DNA of 64,000 nt, taken from the NCBI GenBank assembly GCA_050084515.1, contig CM114271.1, positions 9,486,001 through 9,550,000 of the forward strand, in the 5' to 3' direction. Positions 52,247 through 63,558 of the stretch are shown piece by piece. The position numbers were made by a program, and so were the translations under genes. Position 1 is the first letter of the stretch. Every line of letters begins with the position of its first letter. The notes beneath the pieces are model-generated. The model was not told the origin of the DNA. It was given only the letters and a program-made list of their open reading frames with translations, and did not search any database. The stretch comes from Blasia pusilla. Lineage: Eukaryota.

Positions 52247-55200
52247 CTCCTACCTCCGACTCTCTTAAAACTACCAGCAACACATAGTACATGTGCTTAC
52301 AAGGGAAATACCTTTTGCCACTTGTCTCTCTTTGGACAAAGTCATCACATGAACATGTGGGAAAGCAATGAGATGTGCACCACATACACCCTGTGACACT
52401 TGAATTTCTGATGTTGTTCTGACCCAATACATCCTTCCTATTCCATTGCCACTCAAGACATCTTTCATGGCGATGATCTCCATTTTTTTCCTCCCGAGTG
52501 ATGCAATTCGCTTTGCTCTCTCCACGTTGGCCTACACATTCTGTTTCTCTTCACCCCATTTCTAGACTCAAAAGAAATAGTGGATTGAGATCATCCACCT
52601 TCTCCGGTACATGTTGACATCAATCTTGGGTTGAATACGAAATGCGAAGGTCTCTGTAATGCGAACATGCTCCGAACTTCCCCCGTCTACGAGTCTAAAA
52701 CCGGCACTTGTAAGATTGTCCACTTTGTCTTGAGTGCAGTTCGTACCTCCGGCGATGGGCCAAATTGTGGGGGTATTCCCCGAAGCTCCAATGGCAGCCA
52801 GATAAGACTTCCGGAAAGTGCAAGATTCATTTGGGCAGAAGAAGTACTTCAATTGATCCCCGGTCCTCGTGAAACATCAAAGGGTTTGAGTCCCCAAAAC
52901 CCAGGCAGTGGTCGTCCAGTCCTTGTACAATTTTTATTTAGGAAAGTGCTGCATGCTCTCCTAATGCCATCAGATCCTGCCCTGCAGGTGGGTCCACGTC
53001 CTGGGTTGCTCCGAGATATATGCCAACGTTTTAGGTTGCAATCCACCTCCATTACTGGAATCCCATATTGTTGAACCACCCCAATGACAGGATGTTGCGA
53101 ACTTCCTGCAACGGAGGGCTTTTGAAATAAAACATTCACTGATTTTGGAGAAGGGTCTCCATCATAGATTTGGGACGGGTCCGGGGTCCCCGAATACCTG
53201 GGCGGCGTAATTTCCTCATCCAAACCAATCACCGGATTTGTTCCTCGATGCTGCCTCTTCACCTGCCTGAAGTCAAGATACTTATCTGGTCTCCACGAGT
53301 CTCGCTCGATCGCTCTACCACCATCTGTATGGGACGTCTTGAAACCCACCCATGAATATCCCCACCAATGTGTACATCTTGCTCGAGGGGAGTTCCAGCT
53401 ACGCACCGGTTGAAGGCTTCCACATACATTTTTTCATCACCAGATCTCACAGCCGCCCTGACATAGAGTTCATAGATCGACGGCCCCCTTCCTTTTGTTA
53501 TGCCTTTTGTGAGGAAGATATGGGATGCTGCACACTGTAGCATTGCTCTTGCCTGGTCTTGTTGGCATGCCTCCACAAGTGAAATTCGTTGGCATGCTTG
53601 TGACGACCTCTAGGAGGAATGAACACTTTTTGCTCCACTTGTGTTGGGGCAGAGGGCATTTTCATGAATGTTCAATCCCTGCAACGAAGGCAATGTAAGA
53701 AGGGAACGAAAATAACTCAGGAGTCAAATAAATAAGCTACCTGTCGGGACCAGACGGGTTGCAAGGCCGAGGCATCCCATGAACGACTCTGCGACCCGTC
53801 GGGTCCCGACGTGTTGCAACCTTAAACCCACCTACTACAACCCGTCAGAACCAGACGGGTTGCAAGGCCAAGGCATCCCATGAACGACTCTGCGACCCAT
53901 CGAGTCCCGACGTGTTGCAACCCTAAACCCACCTACTGCAATCCGTCAGAACCAGACGGGTTGCAAGGCCGAGGCATCCCATGAACGACTCTGCGACCCA
54001 TCGGGTCCCGACGTGTTGCAACCCTAAACCCACTTACTGCAACCCGTCGGATTCAGATGGGTTGCAAGAACCTGGGGCCACTCTGGAAGATCCAAGAACA
54101 AGTCATCCAAAACCCATCCGGCTCAAACTATTTGCAGGCCTTGTATACATGCGACTTGCATACTTGTCTACGGGTTGCACCAAAATTTTGGATGCAACTC
54201 GTCGATTTTCGTCGGGTTGCACACTCGGGCAACCCGTCGCATCCGACAGCTTGCTTGGTTTCTTCGGTTTGAAATCCCTATAGTTCCCACGCTTCTCAAC
54301 TTGAGCTGCAACTTTACAATCAATTCTCAGCGTGAGCTTGACAAGACAAAATAGTGAACTCACCTGCCGCATGAAGTTTCCCCATTGTCTCATATGTACA
54401 GTCCACCAACTCAACCAAGAGCACAACTCTTTGTACTTCCCCTCAATTGCATGCTTCCTCCACCACCCATGAAATTCTTCCTGGCATTCCATGGCTTGCT
54501 TCAAGGTTTTGTTGTCCTTGCAGCGTTGGAGTAGAGTGACATGCTCTGTCCTCTTATTCTCCTTGATGCAAGATTTGGTGTACCGGGTCACAGACTGTTG
54601 CCAATGGAAAGCATCTGACCTTTCCCTCTCCGGTTGAACCTCTCCACCCCTGAACACTTCCTGGATAGCAATCCACCCAGGTTGTGCATTGTCTGCCATG
54701 AACCCATAAATTTCTGGAGGTGGCCTTTTGTTTTCCTTCACCACCTCCAATAAGAGTAACCGACACATCTTCAAACTGCCAACGTCTTCTCCCTTTACTT
54801 CACAGACAAATATAGTTTTGAGTCCCTTCTCCACATGGTCATAAACGTGAGCCATCGTCAACCATCGTCAACCATCCGTTCAGCACTCTGTAGCAAATAT
54901 CAAAGCTTACCCAACTGACGTAAAGATCTTGTCGACTTATAGATCGACGTGTCGTTGACATTTTGAAGACATAGGCCCTGGATCCCTCGCCTCCTTGGCC
55001 CATGAACTGCCATCTCTGAATGAATGGAAATCTGGAGTTGGCCTTGATTCTGGAAATGGCATCCATTTCGGCCGTCTTTCCATCCAGAACTCGTATTTGA
55101 CGCAACAAATTCTGGAAGCATTCAGGATCAGCGAGAAATGCGAGATTTTCCCAGAGTTGTTTCTCCTCATCCGCCGTGATCTCGCCCTGTCGAAGGATTC

Positions 55201-56329
55201 CAAGCAATTGTTCACACATTTGTGATGTTGTTGTGAGCTTGATCACTCCGGGCTTTGAACCCGGAGAGTTTCTATAGACCTTGGCAACTCTCTGAATTGC
55301 ATCGGTCATAGGATGAGTGTGGGAGCCAACATGAACTGCCAGCCTTGTGTACTCTAACTTGGAGCCCAAGTCGTGGATAATGAAAAATATGTATGCAAGA
55401 CACGCTCCAACGCAGAAGGGCGATGCCTGACAATGAGGACATCGATGGCCTCCCGACGGTATGGTGGCACCGACCTCGTATGGAGTTTCTGCATTCTTGG
55501 GGGGGAATTGAGACGTATTGACTCGCCCGTTGCGCTCTAGATACAGGCATGCTGGACTTCTACACTCCAAGGCTCCAACGCATTGGCGGCGGGAGACAAT
55601 CCAAGGACCATCTAGAATTGAAGCACTAGTCCGTTGAAGCCTGCACCATCGATGACAATCAGACTTTCTGTCCATACCCTTCAAGCGTCCTCCATCTTTC
55701 TTTTGAGCAGGAGCAACAAGTGGAGGCAACTCAAAAATGCAATTACCATTGTACGTGGGCGGCAGCTCGTCGACAAGAATGTGCTTGAATATTTTCAAGG
55801 CCAGAGACGAAAGCAAACGATTTCCTGATACTCGCAAGAGGAACGAGTAGATGGACAGAGGGCCCGGTTGGTGTCCGACAGATCCACTGAGGTTGATAAC
55901 ATCTGGAATTTCTTCAGGAAGAACAAAATTTTTACGAGCATGAGAAGTTGGAGCCGAAGCCGAATCTATTGAGCTAGGAGTTGCAAACGTAGAGCTCGGA
56001 GCACTAGGAAATTCTCGACCGTCTACTTGGGAAACAGACGAATTCAAGGGCATGCCGTAAACTCTGTATTGACCATTTGCTAGAGTTAGGAGATTCCATA
56101 CTTTACGGTCTGCAGTCACTAGCTGGATTGTCTCACCTATTATGTCCTCCGTACCGTCCACCCTTACATCCTTGGATACAAAGATGGTTCCAATTTGGAG
56201 AAGAAATCAAACGGAGAGAAAATTTTCATCCACTACTATGAAAGACTCAAGAGCTTGCGGTGGAACGATTTCTGATTGAGGAAGGGCCGCCAGATGAGTG
56301 CCACAAGTGAGCTTCACATAATTATCCAT
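52247..56329 (-). pseudogene. MULE transposase, copy C (exons 56329-54364 and 53678-52247)
   Basis: 440-aa open stretch with the GCM-like domain; FDICY, FMADNAQP, SDAFHW and SWIM CSC..CKH. Catalytic Glu is mutated (NTSGAKSVH). A deletion fuses the C-terminus to the terminal region. Confidence 0.88.
53740..54255. repeat. Palindrome array with three 101-bp tandem units in the transposase intron (copy C)
   Basis: CCAGACGGGTTGCAAGGCC starts at 53750, 53851 and 53952. Confidence 0.9.
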
Positions 56330-56559
56330 TCCCAGAAATTTCGTAGGGGAGGAGAGTGAGAATGAGAATGAGAATTTTTAACTTATAGTGAAAAGGAAAT
56401 CAGATACTCCTGACAGAATTTTACTGACAAGATGAAGTTCGGTAGGTGAAATTGTCTGACACAATGGATTCAATTATGTTGTAACCAATTCACTTCTATT
56501 GCAATGTGTTACCGGATTTAGGAAGCAGAGACGTGGGTTGCGAAGCACACTTCATTTTG

Positions 56560-57182
56560 TTGGAACCCGTCGGAGTCCTAGTAACTCAACTATTAACCCA
56601 AGCTAAGCGAAGCCTGCAACCCATCGGGCTTCAGACGGGTTGCACGCTTCTGCCTTACCTTCAAACGCAAACATGATCGAAGCTGGTAACCTGTCACTCT
56701 CCGACGAGTTGCTCTGATACCGCTCCTTCTTGCCCGAAGATGGCAGAGGCTTGCAACCCGTCAGCATCAGACGGGTTGCCCAATTATCTCACGGTGTAAC
56801 ACCCACATGAAGGAAGCGTGCAACCCTTCGCCCTCCAACGGGTTGCGCAAGGGCCTCACCTTGTTTCGCTTACATGAAGGAAGCGTGCAACCTGTCGGCC
56901 TCCGACGAGTTGCGCGGGAAGCCCGCATTGTTAACCCTTGACGAGGGAAGCGTGCAACTCAACGGTCTCCGACCGGTTGCGCGGGTACGTCCCATTCTTG
57001 TCCGAAGACGGCGGAGGCGCGCAACCTGTCGATCTCCGACGGGTTGCGCGGGTACCTCAGGTTCTTGTCCAAAGACGGTGGAGGCGCTCAACTTGTCGGT
57101 CTCCGATGGGTTGCTCGCGCACCTCACGTTATCTTCCCAGGATAGCGGAGGCGCGCAACCTGTCATACTCCGACGGGTTGCC
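56560..57182. repeat. 67-bp-phased palindrome array in the divergent promoter (copy C)
   Basis: Palindrome starts at 56686, 56753, 56820, 56887, 56954, 57021, 57088 and 57155. Confidence 0.92.
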
Positions 57183-57270
57183 ATTTTTCACGTCCAGACT
57201 TTCGTAACGGCCGGCACGTCACCGTCGAAAGGACAACGCGACCCAACGGTCAGCCCAACAACTAGAAAAG

Positions 57271-57279
57271 TATAAATAG
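57271..57279 (+). promoter_or_regulatory. TATA box of the accessory gene (copy C)
   Basis: TATAAATAG, conserved in A and B. Confidence 0.65.
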
Positions 57280-58725
57280 GGCAGAAATTGCTCATTTCCG
57301 GTCTCTCATTTTGCAATCTCCATTGCTCTCCCGCGCAGCAGTTGATCGGCTACCAAGGGGCATTTCACACGGCGAGTCATCGCGAGACGATACGAGGGAA
57401 CGATCGCGAGACGATTCAAGCTACCCATCAAGGCGACTCATCTCGACATCAGCAAGGCGACTGATCAAGTGATTCATCGTGGACATAGGTGGAGGCATTT
57501 CCAGGAAAAATGACGAGGAAAAAAGCTCAAGCAAACAAGTCTGGGAGCTTCACTCCGAAGTCCATTAGGACTCCTGTGTCAGCATCTCCAGGGCCTCGTT
57601 CGGCAAATGAGATAAGGCAGCAGGAAATCGAGGAGCGAGAAAGGGAAGCAAAGATGCACAACCAGGAGCTTCTTGCGAAACGTGTATAAGAGGCGCTCGA
57701 TAAACAAAACGCAGAGGCTGAGATGTCGCAGGCCTTGAAGAAAAGGATCGCCGACGAAAAGCGAGAAAAGAAGCGTCTGGACGCGTCGGTGAGGAGAGCA
57801 AAATTGGCTAAAGCGAGGAGGGAAAAAGAAATAGCCATTGATGACAGCCATGCCCATCCAAACGAAAGTGTTGAGATGCGGTAAATGTCCCCGATGAAGT
57901 CCGGGGACATAATCAATATAGCGGAAACGGCCGAAGTTCAAATCACGCACGATGAGGTCATGAGGACCGCCAGCGTGGAGATGGTGGACATTGCCGAAGA
58001 AGCAGGAGAGCGGTCATCCTCGTCTCCAAGCCCGGGGGAAGAAATCGACCTCTATCGGATCGACGAGTTCCCAGTGGACTTGCCAGCTGCTGTCTCTGAC
58101 AAGTTGGCTGGTCAAGAAACCGACCCAATCTTCGAGTGGGTAAGAGAGGATCTGGGTTTTTTGAATTATGTGAAGGCCCATCTTGCAATTCATTGGCAAT
58201 TCAGTGTAGCTTATTGATCTTGTCCCGGTTCTGACAGATGGTAAAGCAGATGGCACTGATGGAGGGCCACAACGCTCCGAGAATTCCACTCTGCCGATTG
58301 CGGACAATGGAGTACGTCCACGAAATTCAGTCCAACGAGGATATCGCAAAGCTCAAACAATCGGCGGCGTCAGCATCCTACGTCAACAACTTCCCTCCAT
58401 TCTATGTTCAGCCTTACGATGAGCATGGAACCCAAGCCCTGGTTACGGAGGAGGACTTGGAAGCTCAACACATTCTAGAGGATGAGAGACCAGGATTTAA
58501 GAAGGCAAGTAGAGGGCACGGAATTCAGCTGGATGAAGAATTTGCATTTCTTCATATGGGATGGAAATCATAGGTTCATGGCGTGGACAAAGTTTGCAGA
58601 GGAGCGCCCAAACTCCTTGGAGGCACATTTTTGCGTGAAGGCATTGGTCCTTCATCCATACCCTCATCACATGTCCATGGTGGAGAGGGCCATGCATGCC
58701 ATGAACACATAAGTTTCTTCTTGCT

Positions 58726-59330
58726 GCAAATCGTAGGACTCCGACAAGTTGTTTGGGTCGCCACTGTTGTTGGGATGCTTTTGGCCAAACGCAACTCGTC
58801 GGACTCCAACGAGTTGCTCAATTGATGAATGGGTTAGGATGTTTTTGGCCGAAAGCAACTCGTCGGACTCCGACGAGTTGCTCGAATGATGAATGGGTTA
58901 GGATGTTTTTGGCCGAAAGCAACTCGTCGGAATCCGACGAGTTGCTCGACTCGCCGCCTTTTTTGGATGTTTTTTGAAGAAAGCAACTCGTCGGACTCCA
59001 ACGAGTTGTTCGACTGACCACAGGTTTAGTATGTTTTTGGCCGAAAGCAACTCGTCGGAGTCCGACGGGTTGCATTCGGAAGTTGGAAGCTACCTTTTTC
59101 GCGTCAAATTGCAGCTTTCATTGCAATTGCGCAACCTGTCGAACTCCGACGGGTTGCTATGTTCACTTTTGATACGGACTATCTGACAACCCGTCGGAGT
59201 CCCATGGGTTGAAACCAGGCATTCACAAATCTGAATGCAATCTGTCAGACTCCGACGGGTTGCATAATTTAGCACGTTGCTTGAATCCGACCTTGAGCTG
59301 TGACGACCCGTCGGAGTCCAACAGGTTGCA
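58726..59330. repeat. 64-bp-phased palindrome array (accessory-gene intron 2, copy C)
   Basis: GCAACTCGTCGG units at 58791, 58855, 58919, 58983 and 59047. Confidence 0.92.
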
Positions 59331-61459
59331 GGAACCCATGTACCTTACAAATTTTCTTATATTGAGTTTGGATGTGCAGGATTGTATCGGAGGGGAATGT
59401 CACCCACCACTGGATCCAGGATTGCGATCGGGTGAAGAAGGTGCTTACGACGCACACGGCAGAGTACAAGGGGTTCTTAGGCGACGCCCTGGTAAATCAG
59501 ATGCTTGCAAAGGGTGCACAGATCAAAAAGAAGACTTGGGCAAATAAGTTTATTTCCCAAGATGCAGCCGTCACAATCCTTTTCCGGTCGAAGATACAGG
59601 CCGCGAAGAAGAGCGCTGCATTGGAGCTAGAGCGGAGGGAGAAAGTATCTGGGTCTGAGCGCGTGAAATTCATCCAAGCTCCAATATCTACAGCCACAAA
59701 GTACACGGCAAGCAAGATGCAGCGCTACATCAGCATTCTCAAACCCGAACTTGGTCCGGAGTTTTACAAGGAGCTGAAGGCGATTATCAAGCGCCAGCGG
59801 AAAAGGGGTGAAGATCCGCAAGGTCGGATTGGGGAGAAAGTGTCCCTGGATCGCGTGCATCGGTTTGCGTTGTCTAGAATAAGCGAGTTTAGGAGAATCC
59901 GACTCATGAAAATCAGTCTCGAGGGCACAGAGGCCCAGAAGAGGGCGGCACACCATCTTCCGGGTGTGTCTGATCCAGTGATCTCCCACTCGCTCTGCGA
60001 ATGGTCGTTCAGGGACGCGTTGCGGGTTATCGGGAAGTCCATGCTGGACGATCTCCAAGCGGAGCTCAAAAGAATAGAGCCCATTCTGGATGAAGCAAAC
60101 CTAGAAAGTGCTGTAGATTTCGAGGTTTGGCTCGATGACATCCGGGACAAGCCCATCAAAAACCCACGTTTCAAGACGATGGTCAAGGATCGCGTCCTCC
60201 CTTAGGCAGACCTTGACAAAGAAATCGAGGGGAACAAAAGGGATCTCGCAAAGAAGAAGCAAGATCTTCAGGAGCAGGCATCCGATTCAGATTGACTAAG
60301 AGCTGCCCAACGTATGGTCTTCAAGTACCTCGTCCATTGTAAGAATGTAGGTACCTGGGGAAAAATACCGGCAGCCTGAAAATTATGGGCTTCGCCACTT
60401 GATGGAGAGACATTCTCCATGTATGACACGGAGATGGCTCAGCACATGTCCGATTGGGAGGTGGAGAATTGCCCGATTTGGCTGGACTTCAACGACCTAA
60501 AGACATCACTGAGAAAGATTTATGCGTGCTTCATGATGTAGTGGCCGCAGGACGGGATGACATCCCCAATTTTGTGCAGCCTGAAGACTTCTTCGAAGGA
60601 GATGCGGAAGAGCAAGCCCTCAAGACAGCGGAGTTGGCTTCCAAGGTCCGCACAGCCAAAGACAAATCCACAGCGGGTCTCAAAGGCAAGAGGAGGGGAG
60701 GGAAGAATTCTGAGGCCGAGTCTTCCCAAAGAGAGGCTGAAGATTCAAGGCCAGAGGCGGAATCGTCCAGGCGAGTGGGGAGAGAGGGTCGGACCAGGTC
60801 CTCCGCGAAAAAAACCTCACCAGAGTCTGAGGTCAAAGAGATCCCGACAAGCCGACCGCAGACTCAGGAGAAGCGGAAGCGAGAGGCGCCAGGGTTGTCC
60901 CAAGGAGAATACAGTCCATCATCCTTGGGAAGACATAGAGAAACAACAACCCGGACAAGCGTCCTCCTTCAGTTCACGAATTTATTGAATGAGCTGAGAA
61001 GTTTCAATTCTCAAGCATCGACACCCGCCATTGATAAATTGACAACGTTGGGACGGAAGCTTCAACGAAACGGGCACGCTCCCTGGACGGTGAATGGAAA
61101 GGTCGAAGAGGTGGCGGTGGATCTATTGATCGCTGATCTACCCTCGGGGTTGCGATTGTGGGACGAGAATCTGTCAAACGGGGTACCTGACTGGAATGTT
61201 CCCCTCTCTTATGACTAGATCGCGCTCTTGTTTTCCTTTGTAGACGCTTATCTGAGTGACAGGGACTGCTTCTTAGTTTTGATTGGAGGGAGCAAGGACG
61301 AGCTTTTCAACCTCCGGTGCGTCAAGAGGTTGCTGAAGTGGAGGACAGCGCAATTGTGGATCATCAAGAACGAGTACCCACTCCAATCCGCGACGAGTTA
61401 GATTCGGGTAAGGCTCTATTCCTGTCTCCAGATTGTATATCTCCGTTGTTTTTGTCCGT

Positions 61460-61770
61460 GAGCAACCCATCGGAAGACGACAAGTTTTGGCTTAGAGCAG
61501 CCCTTGCTTGGCTGAGAGCAACCCGTTGCTTTTCGACGGGTTGCATCTTTCCCAGAAACAGAGGGAAAACGCCGGTGTATCTGCAACTCGTCGGAACCCG
61601 ACGGGTTGCAGTTGCTTCTAGTTTTTCCCTATGTTTCCGGAAAGTTGCAACCCATCGGAAAGCGACGGGTTGCTCTCAACCAAGCATGGGCTGCTCTCAG
61701 CCAGCAACCTGTCGCCTTCCGACGGGTTGGTCATGGACAAAAACAACCCGTCGGACTCCAACAGGTTGCT
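61460..61770. repeat. Palindrome array (accessory-gene intron 3, copy C)
   Basis: Several GCAACCCGTCGG/CCGACGGGTTGC variants confined between the donor at 61408 and the acceptor at 61879. Confidence 0.88.
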
Positions 61771-62444
61771 CCAATGTTAGTATTTGAAAAAAGTTCTCTA
61801 GGGTCAAGCGGAGCTCTTTGGTGACGTGTTGCACATTATGCCAAGTTGCTAACATTCTTTCCAACGTGCTTCTTTACAGATGGACCACTCCTACGTTTAC
61901 TGCTTCGTTTGGCCCGAGCACAACTTCCAGGTGTTCAAGATCCAGGATCTTGTGGATCCATGCTCAGATGGGTACACCTTAGATATTTTGTACAATTCCC
62001 CCCCGGGAATTTACATGCAAGACGGTACCCCACTTCTTGGAGGAAGGGAAAAGTCGCCAGCCCTGATGCAAACGCTCATCGATCTCTGCTCAAGGCCGGG
62101 TGGATTGGTGTTTGACTTAGTGGGACTTTCAGGGGCGAGTATCAAAGGCGCCTGGCAGAGTGGCAGGAACATTCTCTGCCTCGAGGGAAGGCAGGAACTG
62201 TTTGACCTTTGCAAGGAGGCAAAGGCAGAATACGAAAGGCTCGTTGGGGCGTTCAACTCTCCACCGAAGCCGAGAGCTCCGGTTCCAAACTCACCATTGG
62301 TAGTGACACCATCGTCACTTCCAACGATTCCGAACATCGGGAGGGCAAGGCCGAAAGTAATTTTGCAAGAGCTCTCGGAAGATGACGAGTGAGTTCAAAG
62401 AACTCAAGGACCCAACTTGACTACAGCGTTTGGAGTAGGGAGTT

Positions 62445-63558
62445 ATTTGATGATGAGGCAAAAGATTTCATAGAATAGATCAAATGTACAGTTCCAAACT
62501 TTTTTCGGATGTAATAAAGGAGAAGATTTTTTCGAACGATGGTGGTGTTTCAAAAATTTTGTTGAATATCTTTTATGTCTTTTCGAATGTGATCTTCTAT
62601 GTACTCCGCGGACTTTTATTTTGCAACCCGTCTGATTTCTCCTGCTTGAAACTTTTCACTTTATGACCACTGCACCTTTTTAACCACTTCTAGGCAACCT
62701 GTCGGATTCCGACACATTGCCTGATCGGACTCTTTCCCTGTTGGTCCAACTTAAGAGGCAGTCTGGCAGGCTTCTTCACTTTGGCACCTTCCCCTCAACT
62801 TGTAAAAGAAGGCGTAGGCTTCTTTTCTTCTCTCAGACGTGTTGGATTTCTACTACCTGTGGGATTGCCATCATGGTATTACCAAGGACGGAGCACATAT
62901 TGATACTGGATGGGTGTCACATTGCAGAGCGTACAAGATATACTACCAAGGAAGGCGGTGGGACTCAAATCAGGTTACATGGGACCATTATGGTGTACCT
63001 AAGGGGGGGGCCAAGGCTCTCGAATTCGCCAACATTTTTTATCCCCGTCTACAATCAGCCAGAGGAGCCACTTGTATCCTAGGACATTCCTTTTGTAAAG
63101 GAACCTAGGAGAGTTAGGACTAAATTTGTAGATGACGAGGCTGAAGAAATCATAGACTAGGTCAAATGTACATTTCCGAGGTTCCTTCGGAGGTAATAAA
63201 GGACGAGATTTTTTCAACCGATAATGGTGTTTGTAAAAGTTTGCTGGAAAATTTTTTTGGACTTGTGGATTGTGTTCTTTTAGCTACTCAAAATTACAAT
63301 TTTGCAACCCGTATGATTCCGACGGGTTGCAACTTTAAGATTTTTACCCACTGCAACTTTTTAACCATTTCAGGCAAGTCGCCGGATTCGGCAGTTGGTC
63401 GCTTGAGTGATTGGACTCTTTCCCTGTGAGACCAACTTCTGACGCATTGTGGTGGGCTTCTTAACTTTTGGCTCGTTCCCCTATATTCGTCAAACCAGTT
63501 GTAGGCTTCTTTTCTTGTCTAAGATGTGCAGGATTCCTACTACCTGTCGGATTGCCAT
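62445..63558 (+). repeat. Diverged direct duplication (~430 bp, offset ~685 bp) in the distal part of copy C
   Basis: 62445-62872 resembles 63127-63558; each copy contains palindrome remnants. Confidence 0.7.

Larger units (their letters stand above)
57510..62392 (+). pseudogene. MULE accessory gene, copy C: four exons (57510-58139, 58238-58708, 59380-61407, 61880-62392) encoding a ParB-like and beta-class N4C/N6A methyltransferase-like protein
   Basis: Three phase-consistent introns (donor 2 is ATAAGT here but GT in A and B). DGNHR at 58560-58574, VDLLIADLPSG at 61117-61149, and EKSPALMQTLIDLCSRPGGLVFDLVGLSGAS..GRNILCLE from 62048. Most stops are CAA/CAG to TAA/TAG relative to copy A. Confidence 0.78.

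Noticed and set aside
56686-59073. CRISPR array (27-bp palindromic repeats with 37-40-bp spacers)
   Set aside because: Spacers are related to each other, the arrays sit in spliceosomal introns and a promoter of a eukaryotic transposon, and there are no cas genes or leader.
62389-62426. Extra intron extending the accessory gene to ELFDDEAKDFIE*
   Set aside because: GTGAGT...TACAG is in phase but only 38 nt, too short for a typical plant intron without transcript evidence.
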